Assembly (NCBI GenBank): GCA_050287085.1 | Contig: JBNKBE010000007.1 | Coordinates: 128,001 to 192,000, forward strand | DNA length: 64,000 bases | Direction: 5' to 3' | Source: Polyangiaceae bacterium | GTDB lineage: Bacteria > Myxococcota_A > Polyangia > Polyangiales > Polyangiaceae | Shown: positions 51,349-60,700 of the stretch, piece by piece | Position numbering within the stretch: the stretch's first letter is position 1 | Layout: each line of letters starts with the position of its first letter | Program-made: the position numbers and the translations under genes | Notes under the pieces: model-generated | Told to the model about the DNA's origin: nothing | The model's input: the letters and a program-made list of their open reading frames with translations, nothing else | Databases searched by the model: none

Positions 51349-52167
51349 ATGAAACTCCTACAGCGACTCGAAAAGCGACTACTGGCGCAGGTGGCACAAG
51401 CCAGCGTGGACTTCTCGCTTATCGAGCCAGACGACCGCGTCATGGTGTGTCTCAGCGGCGGAAAGGACTCCCACGCGATGTTGCATCTGCTGCGGGAGAT
51501 CCAACGCAAAGTGCCGTTCCGCTTTTCGCTCGTGGCGGTCAACCTCGACCAAAAGCAGCCGGGGTTTCCCGCACATGTGTTGCCCAGCTACTTTGAAGCC
51601 CAAGGCTACGACTACCGCATCATCGACGAGGATACATACTCCATCGTCAAAGAGAAGGTGCCCGAGGGAAAGACGTATTGTTCCCTCTGCTCGCGCCTGC
51701 GACGCGGGGTGCTCTACAACGCGGCGGAGGCTTTAGGGGCGACCAAGATGGCGTTGGGGCATCATCGGGACGACTTCATCGAGACCCTGTTGCTCAATCA
51801 ACTTTACTCCGGGCAGATCAAGGCGATGGCGCCCCGACTGCTTGCCGATGACGGTCGCAACGTGGTGATTCGTCCGCTCGTGTACTGTTCGGAGGCGGAC
51901 ATTGCCGAGTTCGCAGCGCTGCGTGAGTTCCCGATTATTCCGTGCAATCTGTGTGGTTCACAGGACAACTTGAAGCGAGTCCGCATCAAGCAACTGATCG
52001 CCGACTTGGAACGCGACAATCCAAACATTCGCGGCAATCTCTTTGCGTCCTTGGGCAACATCCGGCCCACGCATCTGTTGGATCGAGGGCTGCGACGCGA
52101 AACGACGGACGAGGCTTCGCGGCCGCTGTCAGGCGAGCTCATTCCTGCGGCGTCGCTGCGCCGCTAG
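51349..52167 (+). CDS. ttcA: tRNA 2-thiocytidine(32) synthetase
   Basis: SGGKDS PP-loop, NLDQKQPGFP, CSLCSRLRRG, GHHRDD and CNLCGSQ. Confidence 0.96.
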   Translation: MKLLQRLEKRLLAQVAQASVDFSLIEPDDRVMVCLSGGKDSHAMLHLLREIQRKVPFRFSLVAVNLDQKQPGFPAHVLPSYFEAQGYDYRIIDEDTYSIVKEKVPEGKTYCSLCSRLRRGVLYNAAEALGATKMALGHHRDDFIETLLLNQLYSGQIKAMAPRLLADDGRNVVIRPLVYCSEADIAEFAALREFPIIPCNLCGSQDNLKRVRIKQLIADLERDNPNIRGNLFASLGNIRPTHLLDRGLRRETTDEASRPLSGELIPAASLRR

Positions 52168-52201
52168 ACGACTGCAGAAGCGCCCGCTGACGCTTTGCAG
52201 G

Positions 52202-53764
52202 TCATCGATCCGGTTGCTCTGAGCTCAATACTGCCAGCTTCCGCTGGCTCTTGCGCAGGGACGGCGCGGCTTCGTAGCGCGGCGCGTCGAGTCTTGGGTG
52301 CTGCGCGCCCCGCACCCCGTAGCCGAGGGGTGCAAACGCCTTTCGGTAATCGGAAAAGCGGCCGCCTGCGCGTACGGCCTGCAGCACGGCAAGCCCTTCC
52401 GCCTCGTCGCCCTGGGCCATGATGAACTCCACCCAGGCCCACTTCGCGCTTGTGGAACGGACATCGGCCCGGCCTTTCAAGCCCCGCCGCAGGCGCGAAA
52501 GCCGGGCGTCGACGACGTCGATTCCCGCGAAGGCGCTGCCGTCCAAGGGGGTCTTGCGTTTGGCACAGAACGGGGCGATTCCGAGGGCGATAGGGAGTTG
52601 CTTGGACAACTCGCTCACGAACTCCACGCCCTCATCGATATCTGCGTCACTCTCCCCGGGTAGCCCCAGCATCAGGTAGAGCTTGAGGCGTTTCATCCCG
52701 ACGGCGCGGGCTCGTTCCGCGGCGCCGCGGTAGTGATCCTCTCGCCCTCGCCTCTCGATTTCGCCCCGCAGGCGCTCGCTGATGCCGTCGAGCGCGGTTG
52801 TCAGCGTCTGGTAACCCGCTTTGCGCAGCGCGATGAGGAGGGGTTCCTTCAAGCGATCGGGGCGAAGACTCGAGAGGCCAACCCCCTTGCCGGCTTCCGC
52901 GAGCGTGGTGACGATTTCCGCAATCTTAGGGTGGTCGCTGACGGCGGCCCCTACCAACCCCACTTTGGGGGCTTCGGCCGGCACGAAACTCAGGATCGTG
53001 TGCTGATCCACCAAGCGCATACCCCCGTTGGTCGAGCGGCGCATGACGCAGTACTGGCATGAGCGGCTACATCCTCGCTCCGCTTCGATCAGAAACATGT
53101 TGGCCAGCTCAGCGTGTGGGGTCACGATTTGGCTTCGGGCTGGCAGCAGCGCGTCGCTGGCGCGTCCGATGGGAGGCAGATTGCTGCCGTGACGGTCGGG
53201 TACGAAGATGTGCGGGTGCGCGGCCAAAGCATCCAGAGCGCTCGCTCGGGAGGGTGCCCCTAGGACGGTGTCGACGGCGAATTCGGCAATGTCTTCGGCC
53301 TCACCGAGCACGATTGCATCCACGAACGGGGCCAGTGGCAGGGGATTCGAAAACGTCAGCGGGCCGCCGGCGAGAATGAACGGGGCGTTCTCGTCGCGAT
53401 CTTTGCGCAGCGCGGGGATCGCGGACGCGTCCAGCATGCGAATCAGTCCAGCCAGTTCCAGCTCGTAGGCGACGCTCAAAGCGATGATGGGAAAGTCCCG
53501 GAGCGGCCGGCGATACTCGTAGCTCACCGGCTCCTCGACGCGACCTTGGTCGTCGGTTGTTTCCGGAAGGAAAACACGCTCGCAAGCGACGCCGGACATT
53601 CCCTGAAGGGCCCGGTAGATCTGTTGGTAGCCGAGCGAGCTCATGCCCACCGCGTACGGTGAGGGATAGGTGAGCGCGACTCTCAGCGGAGCGTCTTTGT
53701 CGAGACGTCCAACCTCAGCGTCTAGGCGCTGCTGGATGAGCTTGCGGGTCGCGTGGGACAGCAT
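52202..53764 (-). CDS. Radical SAM protein with B12-binding-like N-terminus
   Basis: RGCSRSCQYC CxxxCxxC motif; YP..YAVGMSSLGYQ, SSLR and YLMLGLPGE. Confidence 0.88.
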   Translation of the reverse strand: MLSHATRKLIQQRLDAEVGRLDKDAPLRVALTYPSPYAVGMSSLGYQQIYRALQGMSGVACERVFLPETTDDQGRVEEPVSYEYRRPLRDFPIIALSVAYELELAGLIRMLDASAIPALRKDRDENAPFILAGGPLTFSNPLPLAPFVDAIVLGEAEDIAEFAVDTVLGAPSRASALDALAAHPHIFVPDRHGSNLPPIGRASDALLPARSQIVTPHAELANMFLIEAERGCSRSCQYCVMRRSTNGGMRLVDQHTILSFVPAEAPKVGLVGAAVSDHPKIAEIVTTLAEAGKGVGLSSLRPDRLKEPLLIALRKAGYQTLTTALDGISERLRGEIERRGREDHYRGAAERARAVGMKRLKLYLMLGLPGESDADIDEGVEFVSELSKQLPIALGIAPFCAKRKTPLDGSAFAGIDVVDARLSRLRRGLKGRADVRSTSAKWAWVEFIMAQGDEAEGLAVLQAVRAGGRFSDYRKAFAPLGYGVRGAQHPRLDAPRYEAAPSLRKSQRKLAVLSSEQPDR

Positions 53765-53958
53765 TGGGGTGTGTGTGAGAGGGCGAGGCCTCGCGGCTCA
53801 TATCAGATTCGGCCCTCGAAAAGGGCCTGCGTGCGCTCATTCTGGTGACGAGTGGTTTCGGGGAGGTTCGTGAGCGCGGACTTTGGTCGACAATTTGGCT
53901 ATGACCTGCGCCAGTGGCGGCGTCCAGGGTATCAAAACGAGTTGGTTCGAACGACTCT

Positions 53959-55203
53959 ATGGCGGGCGGTGCGCGGCGTGCCCTGAGCCACGTCGGGGGA
54001 CGCATTTTGCTTCGTGGGGGTGACGGTGAGCTGCGCCGCGTGCTGCGTGGCGCGCTGCAGGTATCACCCGACGAGCTCCGTACGCGGCGGCACGTGCATG
54101 GTTTTCACCCCTACCCAGCTCGCCTTCATCCGGACACCGCCAATCGGTTGATCGAGGGGCTTTCCAAGGAGGGGGAAGTGGTGTTGGACCCGTTTTGCGG
54201 CAGCGGCACCGTGCTTGTGGAGGCACGCAGCCTTGGCCGTCGTGGGGTTGGTGTTGACGCCAATCCGCTGAGCGTGGCTCTTGCGCGCTTCAAGTTGGGG
54301 GCTGACGACAGCCAGGCTCGTGGACGTTGGCTGCGGGCCGCATTTGCTGTGGCCAAGGCGGCAGATCGCGAGCGTTGTGCGGGCGTTCAGGGGGTAGCGG
54401 GCATCGACAAGCAGGATGAGGACCTGTTTTCACCGCGGATGCTCTCAGAGCTCGGCTTGCTACGCACGCAAATCGCAGCCGTGGACGATGCAGCGACGCG
54501 CACGGCGCTGCTGCTCGTGTTGTCTTCCATGCTGAATAAGGTTTCGCGTCGGGTGGACGACGGCGGGGAGAAAGCGCGGGTCGCTGAGCGTCCGTCCGGG
54601 TTTGCTATTCGCTTCTTCAAGGACCGCGCCCAGGAAGTGGGGCGGCAGATGCTGGACTTCGCTCGCTCCTTGGCGCCTGAGGCGCCGGAGTGCGCTGTCG
54701 ATTTGGGGGATGCACGTGAGCTTGCATCGGTGGCGGACGGATACGCCTCCTTGATCGTAACGTCGCCTCCCTATCCCGGGGTCTACGACTACTTCAGTCA
54801 CCACGCCGCCCGGATCCGTTGGCTGGAGCTAGACGCTCAGCATCTGGCGCAGCGCGAAATCGGCGCCAAACGCGAGCTATCTCGCCTGCAGGGCGAAGAA
54901 GCGCTGGATGCCTGGCGGCGCGACCTAGTTGACTTTCTCCGTCAAATGCGGCGCGTCTTGCGTCCGGACGGGGCGGCGTGTTTGGTCCTGGCGGACACGG
55001 CGGCCGCCGGGACGGTGTTTCCCGCGGACGAGCTGGTACGGGCCTCGGCGCAAGCCGCAGACTTGAGGTGGGTGGCAACGGCATCGCAGGATCGACCCCA
55101 CTTTGATGCGATGGCGCGCCGGCTCTTTGCGGGGCGGCCCAAGCGCGAGCACCTGATCTTGCTGCGTCCCGCGGGCGACCCCGTGCAAAGCCCTCACGCA
55201 TAG
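53959..55203 (+). CDS. Amino-methyltransferase (N4-C/N6-A DNA MTase type), apparently orphan
   Basis: HGFHPYPAR, motif I DPFCGSGT, then motif IV TSPPY. Confidence 0.8.
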   Translation: MAGGARRALSHVGGRILLRGGDGELRRVLRGALQVSPDELRTRRHVHGFHPYPARLHPDTANRLIEGLSKEGEVVLDPFCGSGTVLVEARSLGRRGVGVDANPLSVALARFKLGADDSQARGRWLRAAFAVAKAADRERCAGVQGVAGIDKQDEDLFSPRMLSELGLLRTQIAAVDDAATRTALLLVLSSMLNKVSRRVDDGGEKARVAERPSGFAIRFFKDRAQEVGRQMLDFARSLAPEAPECAVDLGDARELASVADGYASLIVTSPPYPGVYDYFSHHAARIRWLELDAQHLAQREIGAKRELSRLQGEEALDAWRRDLVDFLRQMRRVLRPDGAACLVLADTAAAGTVFPADELVRASAQAADLRWVATASQDRPHFDAMARRLFAGRPKREHLILLRPAGDPVQSPHA

Positions 55204-55225
55204 TGGACTAGGTAGTGGACTAGGT
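55201..55225 (+). repeat. 12-bp tandem duplication including the MTase stop codon
   Basis: tagtggactagg tagtggactagg t. Confidence 0.9.
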
Positions 55226-55582
55226 CCGGTCCCGGGCGCTGTCGATTTCAGGTTTGAAATGTCCCGCCTTCTGGACTGACTGCCGTACTGACGCGGCTGT
55301 GCGAATTCGGAACAGCGACCCCGGCGCGGGCAGACGCTCCCCGGTTGGGTGATGCAATATGGGTCATATCCAGGGATCCTCATGAACGTTGCGTCCCGTT
55401 GCGCGGGCCTCCGGGACGTTGGCGCCGTCTTCGCCTCTGGTTGGGGCCAGTTCGCTCTCGGTCAGTAGTAGTTCTCCCAGAGCATCCGAGTGGCCAACGC
55501 AGGTTAGTGGCGCTTGCACAAGCGGAACCAATACTGCAAATCTGCAACCAGCTAGACGCCGATAGTGTGGTTATGTGTCTGA

Positions 55583-55595
55583 AATCATTAGATTG
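55583..55595 (+). promoter_or_regulatory. IHF-like binding site
   Basis: aatcattagattg against WATCARNNNNTTR (one mismatch), directly upstream of the sigma54 motif. Confidence 0.45.
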
Positions 55596-55600
55596 GCTCG

Positions 55601-55618
55601 TTGGCACGCAGGGTGCAT
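55601..55618 (+). promoter_or_regulatory. Sigma54 (-24/-12) promoter
   Basis: ttGGcacgcagggtGCat: TGGCACG, exact GG-N10-GC spacing, one mismatch to TGGCACG-N4-TTGCW. Confidence 0.75.
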
Positions 55619-55627
55619 ATAGGTGGG

Positions 55628-55762
55628 CATGTAGCGACTCGCTACAGACATCTTCGTCACAGGGGCCTGGCTTCCCCTCCCTCCCCTCATCCGGGTCCCT
55701 GTGCAGTTTTTTTGCGACGCGGTCTTGTCCCCCCCCCTCCTAGGCCGCGTCGCTCTTTTTTT
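55628..55762 (+). ncRNA. Candidate sigma54-dependent small RNA with three stem-loops and C-rich loops
   Basis: SL1 55630-55646; SL2 55658-55703 with loop cttcccctccctcccctcat then T7; SL3 55714-55753 with loop tgtccccccccctcct then T7; no credible ORF. Confidence 0.65.
55714..55762 (+). terminator. Rho-independent terminator
   Basis: gcgacgcggtct...aggccgcgtcgc 12-bp stem followed by tc-ttttttt. Confidence 0.75.
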
Positions 55763-55835
55763 GTTCGCTGCATCCAGAGAGTCGTGGCGTCGCCCCGGTC
55801 GATCTTCAGTGGGTTGACCGCGCGGGCGCAACCGA

Positions 55836-56465
55836 TCAGCTAGATCCTGCCAGGCGCTGTTCTAACTCCGCCTGGAGGCGTCCGAGCTCGCGCTGCGCTC
55901 GTTGGGTGCGCTTGAGTAGCTTACGCAGCTCGGCTCGGGTGTACAGGTTAAGCCGCGGGAGGTCTCCAAAAAGGTTCCGCCGTTCCAGTTCGTCGAGGGC
56001 GCGAACGCACTCCACCTCCGTCTTGCCCCCGCGTCCGGGACTGCCGTAGCGTTCACGCACGAGACGTTCGAGTTTGGCAGCGCTCCAACCCTCCTTGTCT
56101 ACGCGTTTAAGCAGATCCTTGCGCTTGGCGGCCGGTAGAGATGCGGTGGCCACGAAATGGCGCATGTCGAGGTTTCGCCACGGTGGTTTGAGGTTGAGCT
56201 CTTTGGCCACCCTGTAGACTCGCACGCAGCGACTCAAGGTGGATACGCTGGCTGCCTTGAGCACTTCTGCCTGCAAGCGTCGCAGGCTCCATTCTTGCCG
56301 ACCCCGCGTATCTTGCCAGCCGAGCTGCTCCAGGATCATACGCCCCACGTCGTAGCATTCGTCCACCTTTAGGGCTTGGGTGCGTGACTTGAGTGCGGCG
56401 GGCCAGGGCAGGGCGCGCGCCTGCGCTGCCGTGATGCTGCTGCTGCCATCGCTCTTGCGCGCCAT
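55836..56465 (-). CDS. DUF1016/YhcG N-terminal-like helical DNA-binding protein without a nuclease domain
   Basis: YDVGRMI, S.STLSRC.RVY, L...HF and GWS..KLERLV pattern; basic; C-terminal coiled coil. Confidence 0.55.
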   Translation of the reverse strand: MARKSDGSSSITAAQARALPWPAALKSRTQALKVDECYDVGRMILEQLGWQDTRGRQEWSLRRLQAEVLKAASVSTLSRCVRVYRVAKELNLKPPWRNLDMRHFVATASLPAAKRKDLLKRVDKEGWSAAKLERLVRERYGSPGRGGKTEVECVRALDELERRNLFGDLPRLNLYTRAELRKLLKRTQRAQRELGRLQAELEQRLAGSS

Positions 56466-56604
56466 GCCTTCAGCCTAGCAGACCCATTTTCCCGTCGAAC
56501 GCCCGAAGCGGCCGCGGCGAACAAACACCGCTGCGGCTGAAGCATTCTGTTCAATGAGTAAAGAGGCATGAGCTCGTCTACTCGACGCCATCCTATGCTT
56601 GTTC

Positions 56605-57141
56605 TTATGGATAGGCCTTCTGGGGATAGCTGTCACGAGTTGCCTGCAGAAAGGAGAACCCGTTTAGCTCCAACTGGCCAGCGCTGAACAGTTGGGTGAG
56701 CGGCTCAGATAGTGTTTCACCCGGGGCGACGCGTTTGAGCACTCGCTGTACATTTGAGAATCCGAAGCCATGGCTTACGACCGCAAGCGCGCCTTCGGTG
56801 GTCAGTCCCTTGCCGCGATGACGCGGTCGCAGGCCGAGGTAGAGCTCTAGCGTGTGCGTCTGCAATACCGCGCGCAACGCAAACGCCCCCAACGTTTCCA
56901 GAGAGTCGCTGTCGCACATAGCCCAGATGCCGAAGCCGAACTCCATGAAGTCGCGTTCGCTCTGGGCAACCAGATCATTGGCCTTGTCCAGGGTCATGGG
57001 GCCCGGTGAGCCGAGGTAGCGCGCCACCTCCTCGGCCGGGAATAGGCGAACCAACGTGGCTAGGTGCTGCTCTTGCAAAGGCACAAGCACCGTGCGAGCG
57101 GTAGTGAGCACGTGACCTGTGCTGTGTTCACTCTCCCACAC
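56605..57141 (-). CDS. GNAT N-acetyltransferase (RimJ/RimL-like)
   Basis: LTTART.L.P, GFGIWA and P.HRGKGLTTE motifs. Confidence 0.75.
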   Translation of the reverse strand: MWESEHSTGHVLTTARTVLVPLQEQHLATLVRLFPAEEVARYLGSPGPMTLDKANDLVAQSERDFMEFGFGIWAMCDSDSLETLGAFALRAVLQTHTLELYLGLRPRHRGKGLTTEGALAVVSHGFGFSNVQRVLKRVAPGETLSEPLTQLFSAGQLELNGFSFLQATRDSYPQKAYP

Positions 57142-57187
57142 GAGTCAGTGCCCGATTGGTTACCATGAGGACGACGCTGCAGGCATC

Positions 57188-57577
57188 TTACTGGGTGACG
57201 CCGTGAGCGTGTAGCCACAAAAGCGCCGCTTCTGCGGAGGCCAGGTTTGTCGCAAGCGGAATGTTGTGGACGTCGCAAATCCGCATCAGGGCGGAGACGT
57301 CTGGCTCGTGCGGCTGGGCCGTCAGTGGGTCGCGAAAGAAGATCACCGCAAGCACCTCTCCTTCTGCCACGCGTGCGCCGATCTGTTGGTCGCCGCCGAG
57401 GGGGCCCGACAGCAACGGGATCACATCGAGCTGTGCCTTTTCTCGCAGCAGGCCACCGGTGGTTCCCGTGGCCACGATATTGAATTGTTCGAGCAGTTGC
57501 CTGTGGTCTTTGGCGAAGCTGATCAGGTCCAGCTTCTTTTTGTCGTGGGCGATGAGCGCGATGGTCTTTGCCTTCAC
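57188..57577 (-). CDS. mgsA: Methylglyoxal synthase
   Basis: [49 protein letters not shown] and ATN. Confidence 0.96.
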   Translation of the reverse strand: MKAKTIALIAHDKKKLDLISFAKDHRQLLEQFNIVATGTTGGLLREKAQLDVIPLLSGPLGGDQQIGARVAEGEVLAVIFFRDPLTAQPHEPDVSALMRICDVHNIPLATNLASAEAALLWLHAHGVTQ

Positions 57578-57735
57578 CCGCCGCACGATACCCTTCCGCT
57601 GACGCTGCGCCAAGGGGGTGCCCGGGTACGGACGAACAGTGGGTCCTGGCTCACGGGCGGACGGCGCTTCTGCGAGTCGTGGGGCATTTGCCGTTTGTGC
57701 ATGCACGCACTAATGCGGGGAGCATGGCAGTTGAT

Positions 57736-60700
57736 ATGCCGGCGGAGCGCCGAACCCCGCTGTTCGAGCGTCATCAGAACGATCTGGTACACTGGAGCCC
57801 TTGGGACGCTGCGGTCATCGAGCGGGCGAGGCGAGCGGATCGACCCCTGCTCGTGGTCTTGACCTTCACGGGCTGTGGTCTCTCCGGACGATTCCAAAGC
57901 GAATGCTTCGATGAGCCTGAAATAGCTCAACTCATGAATGAGCGCTTTGAGTGCGTGCTGGTGGACCGTCATGAGCGCCCGGACGTGGAGGCTTGTTTCC
58001 TTCCGGCCGCTCTCGCCGCGAACCCCGATTGTGCCTTGCCCCTCACGCTGTTTCTGACGCCTGAGCTCACGCTGATCTTCGCCGCACCCTACCTGCCGGC
58101 GAGCGCGAGCGAAGGGCGGGGCTTTCGCGAGCTGCTCGAACGAGTGGTCGACGTATGGGATCGCGACCGCGATGAGCTGCATCGGCGGGGAGCGGAACTG
58201 CTCGAGCATGCTCGGCGGGCGCATCAGGCGTTGCCTGTCGGGGACGTGCTGACGCAACAAGCGCTGGAGGCGCGGCACGCTTTGCAGGCCGCGCTTTCGT
58301 TGGATACCCCGGGAGCGGAGTTCCCCATGCCTGCGGTGCTCAGCTTCTTGCTGTCGGAGCAGCTTGAGAACCCCGACCCGCTGCTGGGTAGCGCGCTACG
58401 AGGGCGACTCGATCGCCTGGCCAGCGACGGCCTACGGGATCCGATCAGCGGCGGATTCGCTCGCTGCGCAGCTGATCTTGCCTGCACGGTTCCGTTTCCG
58501 GAGCGCGGTCTGAGCGACAACGCACAGCTGGCGCTGGTCTATCTGGAAGCGGCCGAGGTATTGGGGGACGAGCGCTACGCAGAAGTGGCTCGAGGAGCGC
58601 TCGACTTCATCGTCCGAGAGCTAACGACGGAGCAGGGCGCCTTCGCCACGACCTTGGGCGTCGACGGTCGCAGCGAACGCCCTCTGGTTCACCTCGAGGT
58701 CGACGTGGGTGAGCTCAAGGAGCGGCTTTCACCCGCAACACTTGAAGTTGCGTTGCGAGCGTTTCGGCTCACGGAAGCGGTTTCGGGGGAGCCGGCGCTA
58801 GCGCGGGTGGGTGAGCCACCAAGCGTGATCGCGGCGCTGTCCGACGCGGACGAGGCTCAGGTGCAGCTGGCCATCGAGGAAGCCCGACAGGTAATTGCGG
58901 CGCAACGACAAGGCACTCACGTCGTACGTGACTCGCTGGTGGTTGCGGGTTACAACGGTTTGGCGATCCGAGCTCTTGCCGTGGCGGCACTTCACCCCGC
59001 CTTTTCGAGCCAGCGCGACGTCTATCTCTCGGCAGCGCAGACCGCGGCGAAGGCGGTCCTACTGGAGCAATGGTCGAACGGTGGCTTGTCGCGAGTGGCA
59101 GCCCCCCGAGCGCTGGGTTCGCGTGCGATGCTTCAGGACTTCGCGCTCCTCGCGGAGGGGTTGCTGGCGCTATTTGCGGCAACTCAGGATGTCCAGTATC
59201 GAGATCGGGCCATGGCGTTGGCCGTACAGATGCGGGAGCGTTTTGTCGATTCTACCGGTCGCGCACTAGCGCTGGAGCCCGACGCTGCGCCGGAGCTTCC
59301 GTTTCGGCCTACGGCCAGTCACGACGGAGCACTGCCACCGGCCTATGCCACCTGTGCCGCCGTGTTTACCCAGGTCGGTCAGCAGTGCGCTGATGACGCG
59401 GACGCAAGCGAGTGGTATGAGCTCGCGCGCGCCGTGCTACGCGCTGAGAGTCAGCGCATGACACGGGGGGCGCGAGCTCACGCGGCGGGCCTACTGGCGG
59501 CACGTACGTTAGCGCGACAGCTCGTCTCGCGCGACGACGCTGCGCGGGACCAGGACACTCTGCTCGCCGCTCTTCCGATCGCAGGGGGCGCCACCGAGTC
59601 AGCGAGCCGTGGCTACTTTCGGCGCCTCGGCTTGCCCCAGGGCGCCTGTCATCGTTTGCCAAAATCCAAGCTCTGGGTGTCCAGGATTGGACTTGGAAGC
59701 TACCGGCTGTCCCTCTCGCAGCTCGAGTCCCGCTTGGCGGCATCGCTGGCGTTGAGCGAAGGGGCCAATTTCCTCGATACCGCGCCGAGCTACGGCAACG
59801 GTGAGGCGGAGCGGGCATTGGGGGGCGCGATCGGCTCCAAGGTGACATCGGGCGCGCTGCGGCGCGAAGAGCTGGTTGTGATGACCAAGGTGGGGCTCTC
59901 CAATCAGCCACCCGGGGGGGCTCTCGCGGGCTGGACAACGCTCAGTGGGTCCACCGGCTACAGTCTGTCGCCGGCGTGGCTCGACGAGCAGATCGCGAGC
60001 TCGGCTCGACGTTTGGGACTGCAGCGCGTCGATATCGTGCTGGTTCACTCTCCTGAGCTTCTGCTCCCGCACCGCACGCGGGAAGCGCTGGTGGCGGAAC
60101 TAGCAGGGGCGCTAGCACACCTTGAGTCGCTGCGGCTTGAGGGACGCATTGCGAGTTATGGTGTTTCCCTCGGACGGCTGCTGGGCGACGAGGCGTTGCG
60201 GCCCACTGAACTTTGTGCGGCGGTGGCGCGTGCCGGGGCGAAAGGCTTTGAACTCGTGCAACTACCACTCAATCCGCTCGAGCTCGGTGCTGCGGAGGTG
60301 CAACCGGGACAAGGCGCCAGCTGGCTCGAAACGGCGCACCAAAACGACTGGTCCATCGTGGCCCACCGCCCGCTCAACGCGTTGGCGGGCGACACTCTGA
60401 TTCGATTTGCCGACGCTCCCGAGGTGGACGCCTCGGACTACGAGGGTGTTCATCGGACGTTGCGAGAACTCGAGGAGGAGTTTCGGATGCGGCTCGGCGC
60501 CGTTCTGGCCGCTGTCCCAGACATCGAGCTGCCCGTTTCCGAGTTCTTCACATGGGCCGATCGGGTCGGCGAATACGAACTGTCGAGTCGCGAGTTATGG
60601 GACGACTTCGAGCGCCACATCTTGAGCGCTCACCTTCCGGGGCTGCTTCACGCGCTCAATCGGGCGTTTGCTGGAAAGCAGCTGGACGGTCTATGGCAGA

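Noticed and set aside
55345..55743. 132-aa ORF across the intergenic gap
   Set aside because: TTG start, atypical composition, and it runs through the promoter, hairpins and T-tract, so a non-coding reading fits better.
55658..55753. Hairpins as minus-strand terminator of the 55836 gene or as CsrA-binding GGA loops
   Set aside because: On the minus strand neither stem is followed by a U-tract (SL3 is followed by an A-run), and the G.U pairs become A.C mismatches.
53959..56465. Complete restriction-modification or defence island
   Set aside because: No recognisable nuclease, helicase or mobility gene, and composition matches the flanking core genes.
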